Assembly: GCA_040218735.1 (NCBI GenBank)
Contig: JAVJQW010000043.1
Coordinates: forward strand, 320,001-384,000
Direction: 5' to 3'
Origin: Deltaproteobacteria bacterium
GTDB lineage: Bacteria; Myxococcota; Kuafuiibacteriia; Kuafuiibacteriales; Kuafuiibacteriaceae
DNA length: 64,000 bases
Below are positions 46,583 through 55,958 of the stretch, in pieces (position 1 is the stretch's first letter; each line of letters opens with the position of its first letter). The translations under genes were made by a program, and so were the position numbers. The notes under the pieces were generated by a model. The model saw only the letters and a program-made list of their open reading frames with translations. It ran no database searches and was not told the origin of the DNA.

Positions 46583-47671
46583 ATGCGGCGGTTCTTGCGA
46601 AACCTGAGCGCCGTCTGGGCGGCGCTGGGGATCGCCGCGGTGGCGTGGCTCGGGTTGGAGCTGGTGCTCTCGGCGTTCGGCTCCGAGGGGGGCGCGCCGC
46701 TCGTCGACGTCGCGAACACCGACGCGCTCGCCGACCAGGCCCAGGCCGCCGCGTTGTTCGACGAGCTGTACTCTGGGCGCCTCCAGCACCGGTTCGAGCC
46801 CTTCGCGCACTACCGAATGAAGGCCTACGCGGGCCAGCACGTGAACGTGAACGCGGATGGGTGGCGCGCGACGCCGACGTCCGCGGCCGACGGCCCCACG
46901 GTGTGGGTGCTCGGCGGTTCGACGATATGGGGGATGGGCGCGCGCGACGAAGGCACCATCCCTTCGCACCTCGCGCGGGCGCTGCGTAGCGCTCGCGTCG
47001 AGAACCTCGGGCAGATCGGCTACACGAGCACGCAGGAGCTCATCACGCTGCTCGCGCGCCTGCAGGCCGGCGAGCGCCCGGACGTCGTCGTCTTCTACGA
47101 CGGCGTGAACGATCTGCTGTCGCTGCTGAAGCTCGGGCGGGCCGGTCTCCCGCTCGACGTTCCGCGGCGCGAGCTGGAGTTCAACATCACCCGCCCCGAC
47201 GAGCTGCCGCGCCTCCTGAAGGCGACCGTCGCGAACGTGGCGCGAAAATCCAAGGTGCTCGGTCTGGTGCGCGGCACGGGTGAGCGCCAGCCGGCGAGGC
47301 CCATCGAAGATCCGGAGCGCGCGGCGCAAGACGCCTTGCGCGCCTACCTCGCGAACGTCGCCGCGGCGCAGGGGCTCGCGGAGCGTTACGGGTTCGAGGT
47401 GATGTTCTTCTGGCAGCCGACCTTGTTCGGCAAAGCGAAGCTCAGCGCCTCGGAGAAGGCAGCGCTCGCCGAGGAGGCCTCGTTCGCGCCGGTGTATCGA
47501 GCGGCGCAGGCGCAGGTCGCGACGTCGACGGTCGTGGTCGATCTCTCGGACGTGTTCGGCGAGGACCCGGCGCCGACGTTTTTCGACTTCTGCCACCTGA
47601 GCGAAGCCGGGAACCTACGCGTAGCCGACCGCATCGCACAGGTCGTGGCCCCCGTCCTGGAGGGCCGCTGA
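46583..47671 (+). CDS. SGNH/GDSL hydrolase family protein with N-terminal TM
   Basis: VLGGSTIWG, NLGQIGY, FYDGVND, WQP and DFCHLSEAGN. Confidence 0.85.
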   Translation: MRRFLRNLSAVWAALGIAAVAWLGLELVLSAFGSEGGAPLVDVANTDALADQAQAAALFDELYSGRLQHRFEPFAHYRMKAYAGQHVNVNADGWRATPTSAADGPTVWVLGGSTIWGMGARDEGTIPSHLARALRSARVENLGQIGYTSTQELITLLARLQAGERPDVVVFYDGVNDLLSLLKLGRAGLPLDVPRRELEFNITRPDELPRLLKATVANVARKSKVLGLVRGTGERQPARPIEDPERAAQDALRAYLANVAAAQGLAERYGFEVMFFWQPTLFGKAKLSASEKAALAEEASFAPVYRAAQAQVATSTVVVDLSDVFGEDPAPTFFDFCHLSEAGNLRVADRIAQVVAPVLEGR

Positions 47672-48426
47672 TGTTGCGTCGCGCTCTCCGCCGCGCCGCG
47701 CACGGGTATCTGTCGGTGCACCACCGCGTCGCCGGCGTGCCCGAGGGCGCCGTGCTCGTGCTGGGGCACATGCGCTCGGGGTCGACGCTGCTCCTGCACC
47801 TGTTGATGGCGCACCCCGACATCATGGGCGCGGGCGAGCGCAACGCGACCTACGCTTCGGCGCGGGACTTCGATCGCCTCGCGCGCGACGTGTACCTCGT
47901 GCACCGACGTGCGTTCGGACGGACGCGCTACGTCGCGGACCAGCTCAACCACGATCACCTGATCGCGGAAGACACGCTGCTGCTTCACCACCGCGTGTGC
48001 CCGGTGCTGCTCGTGCGCGACCCGGCGAAGAGCATCGGGTCGATGGTGCGGACGTTCGAGTCCTACGGGGGATGGACGCCCAAGCGGTGCGCGGACTACT
48101 ACGTCGAGCGTGTCGACACCCTCACGCGGTACGCGGAGCTCCTCCGCTCCGTCGGGCGTGCGCCGCTCCTCGTGACCTACGAGGCGCTCGTCGACGATCC
48201 CGTCGCGACCCTCGAACCGGTCCGAGCTGCGCTCGAGCTGCGGGCACCCTTTTCGTCCGAGTACGGCACCCACCGCTTCACCGGTGTGCGCGGCGATCCG
48301 TCGAAGACGATTCAGGCGGGGCGCGTGAAGAAGGACTCCGGTCGCGGCGTCGAGCTCGACTCCGCGATCCGGGAGCGCGCCGAAGCGGCGCGGCAGCGGC
48401 TCCTCGATACGGTTCACGAGCCATGA
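47671..48426 (+). CDS. Sulfotransferase
   Basis: 5'-PSB motif GHMRSGSTLL, 3'-PB motif VRDP..SIGS, and VTYEALVDDP. Confidence 0.85.
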   Translation: MLRRALRRAAHGYLSVHHRVAGVPEGAVLVLGHMRSGSTLLLHLLMAHPDIMGAGERNATYASARDFDRLARDVYLVHRRAFGRTRYVADQLNHDHLIAEDTLLLHHRVCPVLLVRDPAKSIGSMVRTFESYGGWTPKRCADYYVERVDTLTRYAELLRSVGRAPLLVTYEALVDDPVATLEPVRAALELRAPFSSEYGTHRFTGVRGDPSKTIQAGRVKKDSGRGVELDSAIRERAEAARQRLLDTVHEP

Positions 48427-49511
48427 GCCCGCGGGTCTTCGTGCTGAGCCCCGGCTTCCCGCTGGAGGGCGACAAGTTCGGCGGCGCGGTCGCCGAGCAG
48501 ATCCTCGCGCTCGGGCGCCGGTTCGATCTTCGGGTGTGCTCCCTCGTTCCCCTCGCCGAGCGTCGGTCGCGACGGGGCGACGTCGAGATCCTGGGGCCGC
48601 CGGACGCGGGGCGACTCGGGCGCTTCCGCGCGATCGCGGAGGCGGCGGACGTGTGGCGGCCGGACTTGTTCTGGTGTCTGTGGGTGGACCGCGCCGGGCC
48701 CCCCGCGATCGCGTTGTCCAAGATGTTCGATCGACCGGTGGTGGCGTCGGTGATGGGCGGCGAGCTCGCGCGGTTGCCACACGTTGCCTACGGCACGCGG
48801 CGTTCGCTGCGCGGTCGTGTGACGGTGCAAGCTGTCTTGCGGGCGGCGCGCGTCGTCACCGTCGGATCCCCGCGCCTCCGCGCACAAGCAGAGGCCATCG
48901 CGGGCGCGTCGGTGCGCGAGACGCCGTTCGGCGTGGACCCGGCTCGAATCCAACCGCGAACGCGCGCGCCCTGGACGAGGGACCGACCGCTGAAGATGGC
49001 CGCGGTCGTGGACGTGGCCCGCGTGAAGGGGAGCGAGATGATCTTTGCGGCGCACGCCGAGCTGCTCCGCCAGAGGGTCGAGGCCCGCCTCACCGTCTTC
49101 AGCCTCACGCCGAAGGAGGGCCACGCGGAGCTTCGCGGGCGCGCGTCGGCGGCGGGGATCGGGGAGCACGTGGTGTGGTCGCCTCCGCTCGACGCGGAGG
49201 GCCTGTATCGTCGGCTCCCCGACTTCGACGTGCACGTGTCGGCGTCACTGCACGAGTCGCAGGGTCTCGCGCTGATCGAGGCGGCGATGGCAAACGTACC
49301 GGTCGTCGCGCCGCACGTGGGCGTCGCGGAGGTGCTCGCGGGGCAGGGCGCGGCGACGTTGGTGACGTCGACCTCCGCGCCCGAGCTCGCGCATGCCATC
49401 TTGCAGGCCGCCTCTGCGCCGGTGAGCGGCCGCGAGCGCGTCGCGGCGATCTACGGGATCGAGCCGTGCACGGAGCGCTTCGCGGCGGTGATCGAAGAGG
49501 CGCTGTCGTGA
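48423..49511 (+). CDS. Glycosyltransferase family 4
   Basis: ATG at 48423. RVKG and SLHESQGLALIEAAMANVPVV (Ex7E). Confidence 0.85.
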   Translation: MSPRVFVLSPGFPLEGDKFGGAVAEQILALGRRFDLRVCSLVPLAERRSRRGDVEILGPPDAGRLGRFRAIAEAADVWRPDLFWCLWVDRAGPPAIALSKMFDRPVVASVMGGELARLPHVAYGTRRSLRGRVTVQAVLRAARVVTVGSPRLRAQAEAIAGASVRETPFGVDPARIQPRTRAPWTRDRPLKMAAVVDVARVKGSEMIFAAHAELLRQRVEARLTVFSLTPKEGHAELRGRASAAGIGEHVVWSPPLDAEGLYRRLPDFDVHVSASLHESQGLALIEAAMANVPVVAPHVGVAEVLAGQGAATLVTSTSAPELAHAILQAASAPVSGRERVAAIYGIEPCTERFAAVIEEALS

Positions 49512-50566
49512 GGATCGCGATCGTCGTCCCCGTGGCCTACGTCGAGGGGGAGTCCTGGGACGAGCTCGCGCACCGCTACATCCCGATGCACCACGCGCGG
49601 CACCTCGCGGCGCTCGGTCACGAGGTGCACCTGTTCGCCGACGGACCGCCCCGGGTGTTTGCGCACGACGGTTTCACCGTGCACGTGCTCCACGCCCCGT
49701 TCCCCGCCGTGGGCGGCGTCGTGCGTTCGCCGCACTTGATCCGCGCGGCCGACGCGATTCACCCGGACGTCATTCACCTGCACCACCTCCTCGCGGCGGA
49801 GAACGTCGCCGCCGCCGTTCGCACGGGGCGGCGGGTGTTCGCCGAGTACCACGGCGGTGAGGCGCCGCGCTGGCGGTGGCGGCGAGCGCTCGCGCGGTGG
49901 GCGTCGGCGCGCTTGGCGGGGGCGTTCTTTGCCAACCCCACGATCGCGGAGCGGCTGCGTCGCGACGGGGCGCTCGCGCCCGATACGCCGGTGCACATCA
50001 GCCCCGAGACGACCTCGCGCTACTTGAAGCTCGAGCCCCACGAAGCCGGCGGGCTCCGGGTGCTCGTCGTCGGCCGCTGCGAAGCCCCGAAGGATCCCGA
50101 CGCGACCCTCGCGACCTTCCGCGCGATCCTCGCCCGCGCGCCCGACGCCCAGCTCGTGTGGGCCAGCGCCTCGGGCGCCGACACCGATCGCATCCGCGCG
50201 GCGATGTCGCCGGCCGTGAACGCGTCGTTGACCTTCGGCCCGGTGCCGGTGTCGAAGATGCCCGCGACCTTCGCGTCGGCCGACGTCACGATCTGTACGA
50301 GCGCCCGGGAGATCGGCGGGACGGTGTTGAGTGAGTCGCTCAGCCAGGGGACGCCGTTCGCGGCCTTTCACCTCCCGACCTTCGAGGCGCTCGCGCCGCG
50401 GTGTGAGGCGGTCGCGTTGCTGCCCTCCCGCGATCCGGAGGCGCTCGCCGAGCGGGCGCTCGCGCTCGCCGCCGCCGACGTTCGCGAAGAGGCGCGCCGC
50501 CACTTCGAAGACGTGCTGTCCTGGGCGGCGATCGCCCGCGCGCGCACCGCGATCTACGCCCGTTGA
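49508..50566 (+). CDS. Glycosyltransferase family 4
   Basis: GTG at 49508 (GTGA overlap). LAALGHEVHL, PDVIHLH, VGRCEAPKD and SAREIGGTVLSESLSQGTP. Confidence 0.85.
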   Translation: MRIAIVVPVAYVEGESWDELAHRYIPMHHARHLAALGHEVHLFADGPPRVFAHDGFTVHVLHAPFPAVGGVVRSPHLIRAADAIHPDVIHLHHLLAAENVAAAVRTGRRVFAEYHGGEAPRWRWRRALARWASARLAGAFFANPTIAERLRRDGALAPDTPVHISPETTSRYLKLEPHEAGGLRVLVVGRCEAPKDPDATLATFRAILARAPDAQLVWASASGADTDRIRAAMSPAVNASLTFGPVPVSKMPATFASADVTICTSAREIGGTVLSESLSQGTPFAAFHLPTFEALAPRCEAVALLPSRDPEALAERALALAAADVREEARRHFEDVLSWAAIARARTAIYAR

Positions 50567-50576
50567 TTCCGTCGCG

Positions 50577-51149
50577 GTGATCGCCGAGGGTCGCCTCGTG
50601 TCGATCTTCCTGCTCGGCGTCGTCGTGGGCGCCACGGCGCTCGCGGGGCTCCTCGGCCTCCTCCTCACCACCGCCCGTCGCGGCGCTCCGCTGGAGCCCG
50701 AGGTGTTCGACGTGTTGCAGGCCGAAGCGACGACCGCCATCGAGCACCGCGACGTCCCGGTCGCGGCGGTCGTCGTCTACGCGGGGGAGATCATCGGACG
50801 CGGCCGCAACCGCATGAACGAGCGCTGCGACGCCGGCGGGCACGCCGAGATCGCCGCCATCACCGACGCGATCGGCCGGCTCGGCCACGACCGCTTCGGC
50901 GCGCTCGACCGCGACCAGCTGTTCCTCGCTTCGACCTGGGAGCCCTGCGCAATGTGCCGCGGCGCCGCGATCGTCCACCGCATCGAACACGTCGTCATCG
51001 CCACGAAGAAGCCGTGGCGCGAAGCGGCCCGCGAGCGCCGCGCGGAGATTCGCCACTTCCTACGCCGCCGCCAGAGCGGCCCCGACGCGATGCAGCAGCG
51101 CCTCAACCGCGCCTACTACGACGTGCACGGTCGCCCGCGCGACCTATAA
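50577..51149 (+). CDS. Nucleoside deaminase (TadA/CDA-like) with N-terminal TM helix
   Basis: DVPVAAVVV, GRGRN, GHAE and TWEPCAMC zinc motifs, preceded by hydrophobic SIFLLGVVVGATALAGLLGLLL. Confidence 0.85.
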   Translation: MIAEGRLVSIFLLGVVVGATALAGLLGLLLTTARRGAPLEPEVFDVLQAEATTAIEHRDVPVAAVVVYAGEIIGRGRNRMNERCDAGGHAEIAAITDAIGRLGHDRFGALDRDQLFLASTWEPCAMCRGAAIVHRIEHVVIATKKPWREAARERRAEIRHFLRRRQSGPDAMQQRLNRAYYDVHGRPRDL

Positions 51150-52457
51150 GGAGTCGTCGCGCACGGCGCGGGTCGCCTCGACGCGCGTGGGGAGCGTGAA
51201 CTTGAAACACGTCGCGCTCTCGGTGCTGCTGTCGACCCACACTGCGCCGCCGAGGTAACGCACGCACTGGTCGACGATCGAGAGGCCGAGGCCCGTGGAC
51301 GGCTGGCCGGCCTTCGACTTCTCGCCGCGGGCGTAATCGTCGAAGAGCTTGGGGATGAGGTCCTTCGGGATCGGCTCGCCGACGTTGTAGACCGCGACCT
51401 CCACGAACTTGGTTCCGGCCTCGGGGCGGATCGGGCGCGCGTGCCGGAAGAGGTGGGCGGCGTCGCCCGCGCGGCGGTGGAGCGCGGACGAGGGGCCCGC
51501 GTCGCCGCGCACCGCGAGGCGCACGTGGATCGTCGAGCCCTGACGGCTGTGTTTGATCGCGTTGAAGAGCAGGTTGTCGAGGATGATCCAGACCCGGTCG
51601 ACGATCGTGCGGACCTCGGGGAGGCTCTTCGGGGCGGTGCACTGGAGCTGGACCTCCTGCATCCCCGCGACCCGGTCGAGCTGGCGCACGTGCGCGGGCA
51701 CCTCCGCCGCGAGCTGCAGCGGCGCGACCTTCTCGGTGGCGACGCCGGCGTCCACGCGCGACAGCTCCAGCGTGCTGTTGATCATGTGGATCATCCGGTC
51801 CGCCGCGCCCGCGATGTCGTTCGTGAGCGACGGGTCGTCCATCGAGCCCTCTTCTTCGATCATCGCCGCGTTCGTGGAGATCACCGTGAGCGGTGCCCGG
51901 AAGTCGTGGACCATCTGCGCCAACAGCTTCGCGCGATAACGCTGCTCTTCGTACAGACGCGAGCCGCGCACCGCCGTGCTCACCAACGCCGCGAGGCCTT
52001 CGAGGAGCTCGAGCCGCTGCGTGACTTCGCGCGGCGCCGCGACTTGCGAGTCGATGTAGAGCATCGCCGCGACCGCACCCTCGACGAAGATCGGCTGCGC
52101 GACCGCGAACCGAATCGCGTTGAGCTGAACGCTGTGGTGCTTCGCGAACTGCGATCCCTTCCCGACATCCGCGTGCACCGCGTGGCGCTTTTCGAGCGCC
52201 TCTCGGATCAACGCTTCACTCACCGGGAGCGGGTTGCCAGGGCCCGCCCACTCGAGGTTGTGCAGCTTGATGCGCTGAAGCGCGCCGTGGTTGTCGACCA
52301 GCGCGAACAGCGCGCGCTCCGCCGCCATGACCTTGGCGGCGCTGCGCAAGATCATCGGGAGCAGGCTCTCCAGCCGAAGCTCACCACCGAGCTGGAGCGC
52401 CACGTCGAGCAGCAGCTCACCGGGGCTCGGCGCGCTGTCTTCTGAGGGCGTGGACAC
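51144..52457 (-). CDS. Cytoplasmic GAF sensor histidine kinase
   Basis: GAF domain, H-box VHDFRAPL, N-box NLLFNAIKH, variant G1 YNVGEPI, and G2 TGLGLSI. Start 52457 or 52475. Confidence 0.88.
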   Translation of the reverse strand: MSTPSEDSAPSPGELLLDVALQLGGELRLESLLPMILRSAAKVMAAERALFALVDNHGALQRIKLHNLEWAGPGNPLPVSEALIREALEKRHAVHADVGKGSQFAKHHSVQLNAIRFAVAQPIFVEGAVAAMLYIDSQVAAPREVTQRLELLEGLAALVSTAVRGSRLYEEQRYRAKLLAQMVHDFRAPLTVISTNAAMIEEEGSMDDPSLTNDIAGAADRMIHMINSTLELSRVDAGVATEKVAPLQLAAEVPAHVRQLDRVAGMQEVQLQCTAPKSLPEVRTIVDRVWIILDNLLFNAIKHSRQGSTIHVRLAVRGDAGPSSALHRRAGDAAHLFRHARPIRPEAGTKFVEVAVYNVGEPIPKDLIPKLFDDYARGEKSKAGQPSTGLGLSIVDQCVRYLGGAVWVDSSTESATCFKFTLPTRVEATRAVRDDSL

Positions 52458-52491
52458 CGCCCGAAACCGTATCACTCGTCCGGGACTGCGA

Positions 52492-54096
52492 CTACTTCCG
52501 GTCTCCGAACTTGTTGCCGATTCCGTGACGCTTCAGCCGGTCGTGGAAGGTGCTCTTCGAGACCCCGAGCATGCGCGCGGCCTCCGCGCGATTGCCCCCG
52601 CACGCGTCGAGGATCTCGAGCATCTTGTCGCGCTCGACCTCGTCCTGACGTCGCACCTTCCGCCGCACGTCGCTCGACCGCGTGGTGAACGCATCCCGCG
52701 AGAACTGAAGGTCCGAAGCGTCGATCCGGTCCGCGTCGGACATCAGGATCGCGCGCACGAGCACGTTCCGCAGCTCGCGGATGTTGCCCGGCCACGTGTA
52801 GTCGCGGAGCGCTTCTTCTGCGTCGCTCGTCAGCTCGAGTGGTCGCGGTGACTGCGTCTTCAGGAAATGTCGCGTGAGTGGGAGGATGTCGTCCGGACGC
52901 TCCGTGAGCGGGGGCACCCGCAGCGACAGGACGAACAGCCGGTGGAAGAGGTCCTCGCGGAACCGGCCGTCTTCGACCAGCTCCTCCAGGTTGCGGTGCG
53001 TCGCCGCCACGATGCGCGTGTCGACCGGGATCTCCTTCGTCCCTCCGATGCGACGCACCGTCTGCGTCTCCAACACCCGCAGCAACTTCGGTTGCAGGTC
53101 GAGCGGGAGCTCACCGATCTCGTCGAGGAACAACGTGCCGCCGGAGGTCGCGGAGAACGCGCCGTCCTTCGTCTCGTCGGCGCCGGTGAACGCGCCCTCC
53201 TCGTGACCGAACAGCTCGCTCTCCACCACCGTGGGGTTGAGCGCACCGCAGTTGAGGGCGAGGTACGGCCCACGCGCGCGGGGCGACGCGTCGTGCAGCG
53301 CGCGGGCGACGAGCTCCTTACCGGACCCCGACTCACCGACCACGAGTACCGGCTCCTTCGCGCCCGCGAAGCGCTTCACCATCGCGAAGATGCGGTGCAT
53401 CTTCTCGCTCTTCGCGATCATCCCGTAGAAGGCGTCGTCGTCGTCGGTGTTCGACGCGGACGCGGAGAAGTCGAGCGTCACCTTGCCGACGACGATCTTC
53501 GCCGGGGTGGGGAGCTCCGCCTCGCGCACCTTCAGGCCGTTGACCTGCGTGCCGTTGGTGGAGTCGAGGTCGTGGATGAACCAACGCCCGTTCTGGTTGG
53601 TGATGCGCGCGTGGTACGCGGAGATGAACGGGTCCTCGACGATCAGATCGTTGTCTTCGTTGCCGCCGATGTTGAACGGCGCGCGCGGCGTGAGCCGGTA
53701 CTCGATGCCGTCGTAAGCGATCTGTGCGTCGTCGCTGCCCGGGCCGTCGGCGTCGCCGAGCGCTTTGGTCTTGCCGTGGTGCTGGCGGTCGTCGTCCGCG
53801 CGCACGCGCAGCGCGAGGGAGAAGTCTTCGATCCCGAGGACGTCGCCGGCCTTCATGTCGAACTCTTCACCGTCGAGCTCGGCGCCGTTGAGGCGTAGGC
53901 GGCCCGCGGTGAGGTCACGCATCCGGAAGCGGCCGGCGCCGCGGTCCATCATCAACGCGACGGCTTCGGGGACGGACGCGTCGGGGATCACCACGTCGTT
54001 CGTGGGGTTGCTGCCGATGCACACCTCGGCGCGGTCGACTCGCATGTGCAGCAGCGTCTCTCCGCTTCGCGTGATGATCAGCTCGGTGATGTCCAC
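52492..54096 (-). CDS. Double-FHA sigma54-dependent activator
   Basis: Two FHA-like domains, GESGSGKE, GAFTGA, FLDEIGE, WPGNIREL and HTH GNRAEAARMLGV. Confidence 0.92.
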   Translation of the reverse strand: MDITELIITRSGETLLHMRVDRAEVCIGSNPTNDVVIPDASVPEAVALMMDRGAGRFRMRDLTAGRLRLNGAELDGEEFDMKAGDVLGIEDFSLALRVRADDDRQHHGKTKALGDADGPGSDDAQIAYDGIEYRLTPRAPFNIGGNEDNDLIVEDPFISAYHARITNQNGRWFIHDLDSTNGTQVNGLKVREAELPTPAKIVVGKVTLDFSASASNTDDDDAFYGMIAKSEKMHRIFAMVKRFAGAKEPVLVVGESGSGKELVARALHDASPRARGPYLALNCGALNPTVVESELFGHEEGAFTGADETKDGAFSATSGGTLFLDEIGELPLDLQPKLLRVLETQTVRRIGGTKEIPVDTRIVAATHRNLEELVEDGRFREDLFHRLFVLSLRVPPLTERPDDILPLTRHFLKTQSPRPLELTSDAEEALRDYTWPGNIRELRNVLVRAILMSDADRIDASDLQFSRDAFTTRSSDVRRKVRRQDEVERDKMLEILDACGGNRAEAARMLGVSKSTFHDRLKRHGIGNKFGDRK

Positions 54097-54136
54097 GACG
54101 TCGCCGATTATCAGGGGTCCAGCCGCGCTTGCAAGC

Positions 54137-54955
54137 TCACGGCTCGGGCGGAGGCTTCCAACCTGGCCGCTCGTCTTCCTTGCCGAGGAGGAAGCGATAG
54201 ATGGCCGGCTTGTTCTCCTCGATCTCGATCGTGACCCGCCGCTCGTAACGGTCGTCCTTGCTCCGCAGCCACACGGTGTACTTCCCCGCCTCCATCGGAC
54301 GTTTCACGATCGGCGTCGCGCCGAGTTTCTTGCCGTCGTCCAGCTCGACCGTCCCGTCGGGGCGCATCCCCAGCGTGAGCCAACCCTTCGGCTTGGGTTT
54401 CGACATCGGAAGCTCGACCTTCGACTCCAGGCCGGTCTCGGGTTCGGATTTCACTTCGTAGAAGAAGACCTCCAGCGTCAGGTCCTCGGAGCGCTTCAGC
54501 GTGGCGCGAACGGATTTCGCCTGGTTGTTCGGCCCGGTCACCGTCACGTCGATCGGGCCCGGCTTGGTCACCACCCGGTACAGCGGCGTGCGCCCACGTT
54601 TGTACCCGTTGATGCGGACCTCCGCCTCCTGGATGTCCGACAGCACCGTCACCGTCGCGGGCTCGGGCGCGGGGATGCGAATGTTGAGATCGTTCTGCTC
54701 GCCGGCTTCGATCGTGATCGTGCGCTCGATGGGTTCGGCGCCCGGCGCCTGAATCTTCAGGTGATACTCACCCGCCTCCTTCACGATGGTCGCGGGCGTG
54801 GAGACGACTTCCAGCTTGCCGTCGATCCAGACCTTCGCGCCCTTCGGATAAGTTCGCAGGCGGAACTTTCCCAGCGTGATGGGTTTGCCGTTCTCGTCGT
54901 ACTTGGTCGGCTTGCAGGCCGCGAGCAGGACGAGCAGGAGCGCCCACCGCCTCAC
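54137..54955 (-). CDS. PEGA-domain lipoprotein
   Basis: Lipobox LAAC and three PEGA-like repeats (PKGAKVWIDG..TP, AEVRING..GRTP, LGATP). Confidence 0.85.
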   Translation of the reverse strand: MRRWALLLVLLAACKPTKYDENGKPITLGKFRLRTYPKGAKVWIDGKLEVVSTPATIVKEAGEYHLKIQAPGAEPIERTITIEAGEQNDLNIRIPAPEPATVTVLSDIQEAEVRINGYKRGRTPLYRVVTKPGPIDVTVTGPNNQAKSVRATLKRSEDLTLEVFFYEVKSEPETGLESKVELPMSKPKPKGWLTLGMRPDGTVELDDGKKLGATPIVKRPMEAGKYTVWLRSKDDRYERRVTIEIEENKPAIYRFLLGKEDERPGWKPPPEP

Positions 54956-55893
54956 GGCTCATCCGTCTCCTGCTCGCCACCGAACCGGACCGCGAGCCGA
55001 AGCATCCCCGACGCGCCGAGCTCGGCCTCCGGGCCGCCCGCGACGTTGAACGCCATCACCGCGCCCCCCACGGACAGCTCGGCGGCGATCTCCGCCGACA
55101 CCTGGTAGAGCACCCCGGCGCGCGCGCCGCCGCCGGGATCGACGCCCGGCAACCGCACGTCGACGGTCGCGAATGGCTCGATGAAGGGGCTCCAACGGTA
55201 GGCGTGCGGCGAGCGTGCGAAGAGGCGCATCGCGAGATCGAAGCCGAGCACGAGCGGACCGCCGTCGGCGAAGATCGTCGGCGTGGAAAACGCCGGACCG
55301 ACGCCGACGTAGACGAGCAGCTCCACGTTCGGTGCGACGTTGCCACCTGCTCCGATGAACAGCCGCGCGCGGGCGCTACTTCCCGCGCGGCCCTCCGTCC
55401 CGACGTAACCCGTGAGCGAGAACTGCTCGTCCTCGACGTCCCGGTCGTAGACCGCGAGGGCCCGTTCGCGGGCCTCGGCCTCGGACGGCGCCAGGACGTC
55501 CAGGGTGAGCGGCTCGATGTCGCCGATGACGAGGAGGACGCCGCCCCGGGCGCCGTAGAGGAAGGCGCGCAGCTCGACCTGGTCGGGTTGGGCGACGCGG
55601 ATGCCGCCTTCGTTCCAGACCGTCGTGCTCGTGAACGTCGCGACCCACCAGCGCGCCATACCGGAGGGGGGCGTGGCGTCGACGCGGGTCCATTCACTCT
55701 CCCCGACCCGCCTCAGCTCGACTCGGACGCGCTTCGTGATGCGTTTGTCGTCGCGGATGTCGACGCGCGCGACGATGTCCTTTCCGACCGTGGCCACGAC
55801 GTCGCCGAAGCGCGCGGAGATCCCCGCCGCGTCGGCGGTCGCCGGGACGAGGACCGCGAACGTCGCGAGAGCGCAGCCGAGGAGCGAACGCAC
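54952..55893 (-). CDS. Secreted hypothetical protein with probable C-terminal beta-barrel
   Basis: Signal peptide (ADA) and amphipathic strands ending LRLAVRF. Confidence 0.65.
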   Translation of the reverse strand: MRSLLGCALATFAVLVPATADAAGISARFGDVVATVGKDIVARVDIRDDKRITKRVRVELRRVGESEWTRVDATPPSGMARWWVATFTSTTVWNEGGIRVAQPDQVELRAFLYGARGGVLLVIGDIEPLTLDVLAPSEAEARERALAVYDRDVEDEQFSLTGYVGTEGRAGSSARARLFIGAGGNVAPNVELLVYVGVGPAFSTPTIFADGGPLVLGFDLAMRLFARSPHAYRWSPFIEPFATVDVRLPGVDPGGGARAGVLYQVSAEIAAELSVGGAVMAFNVAGGPEAELGASGMLRLAVRFGGEQETDEP

Positions 55894-55958
55894 GGCGCCC
55901 CATGCATTACGCGAACGACGCCCTTTACGCCAGGCGCCGCGATTGCGAGCCTAGGGAC

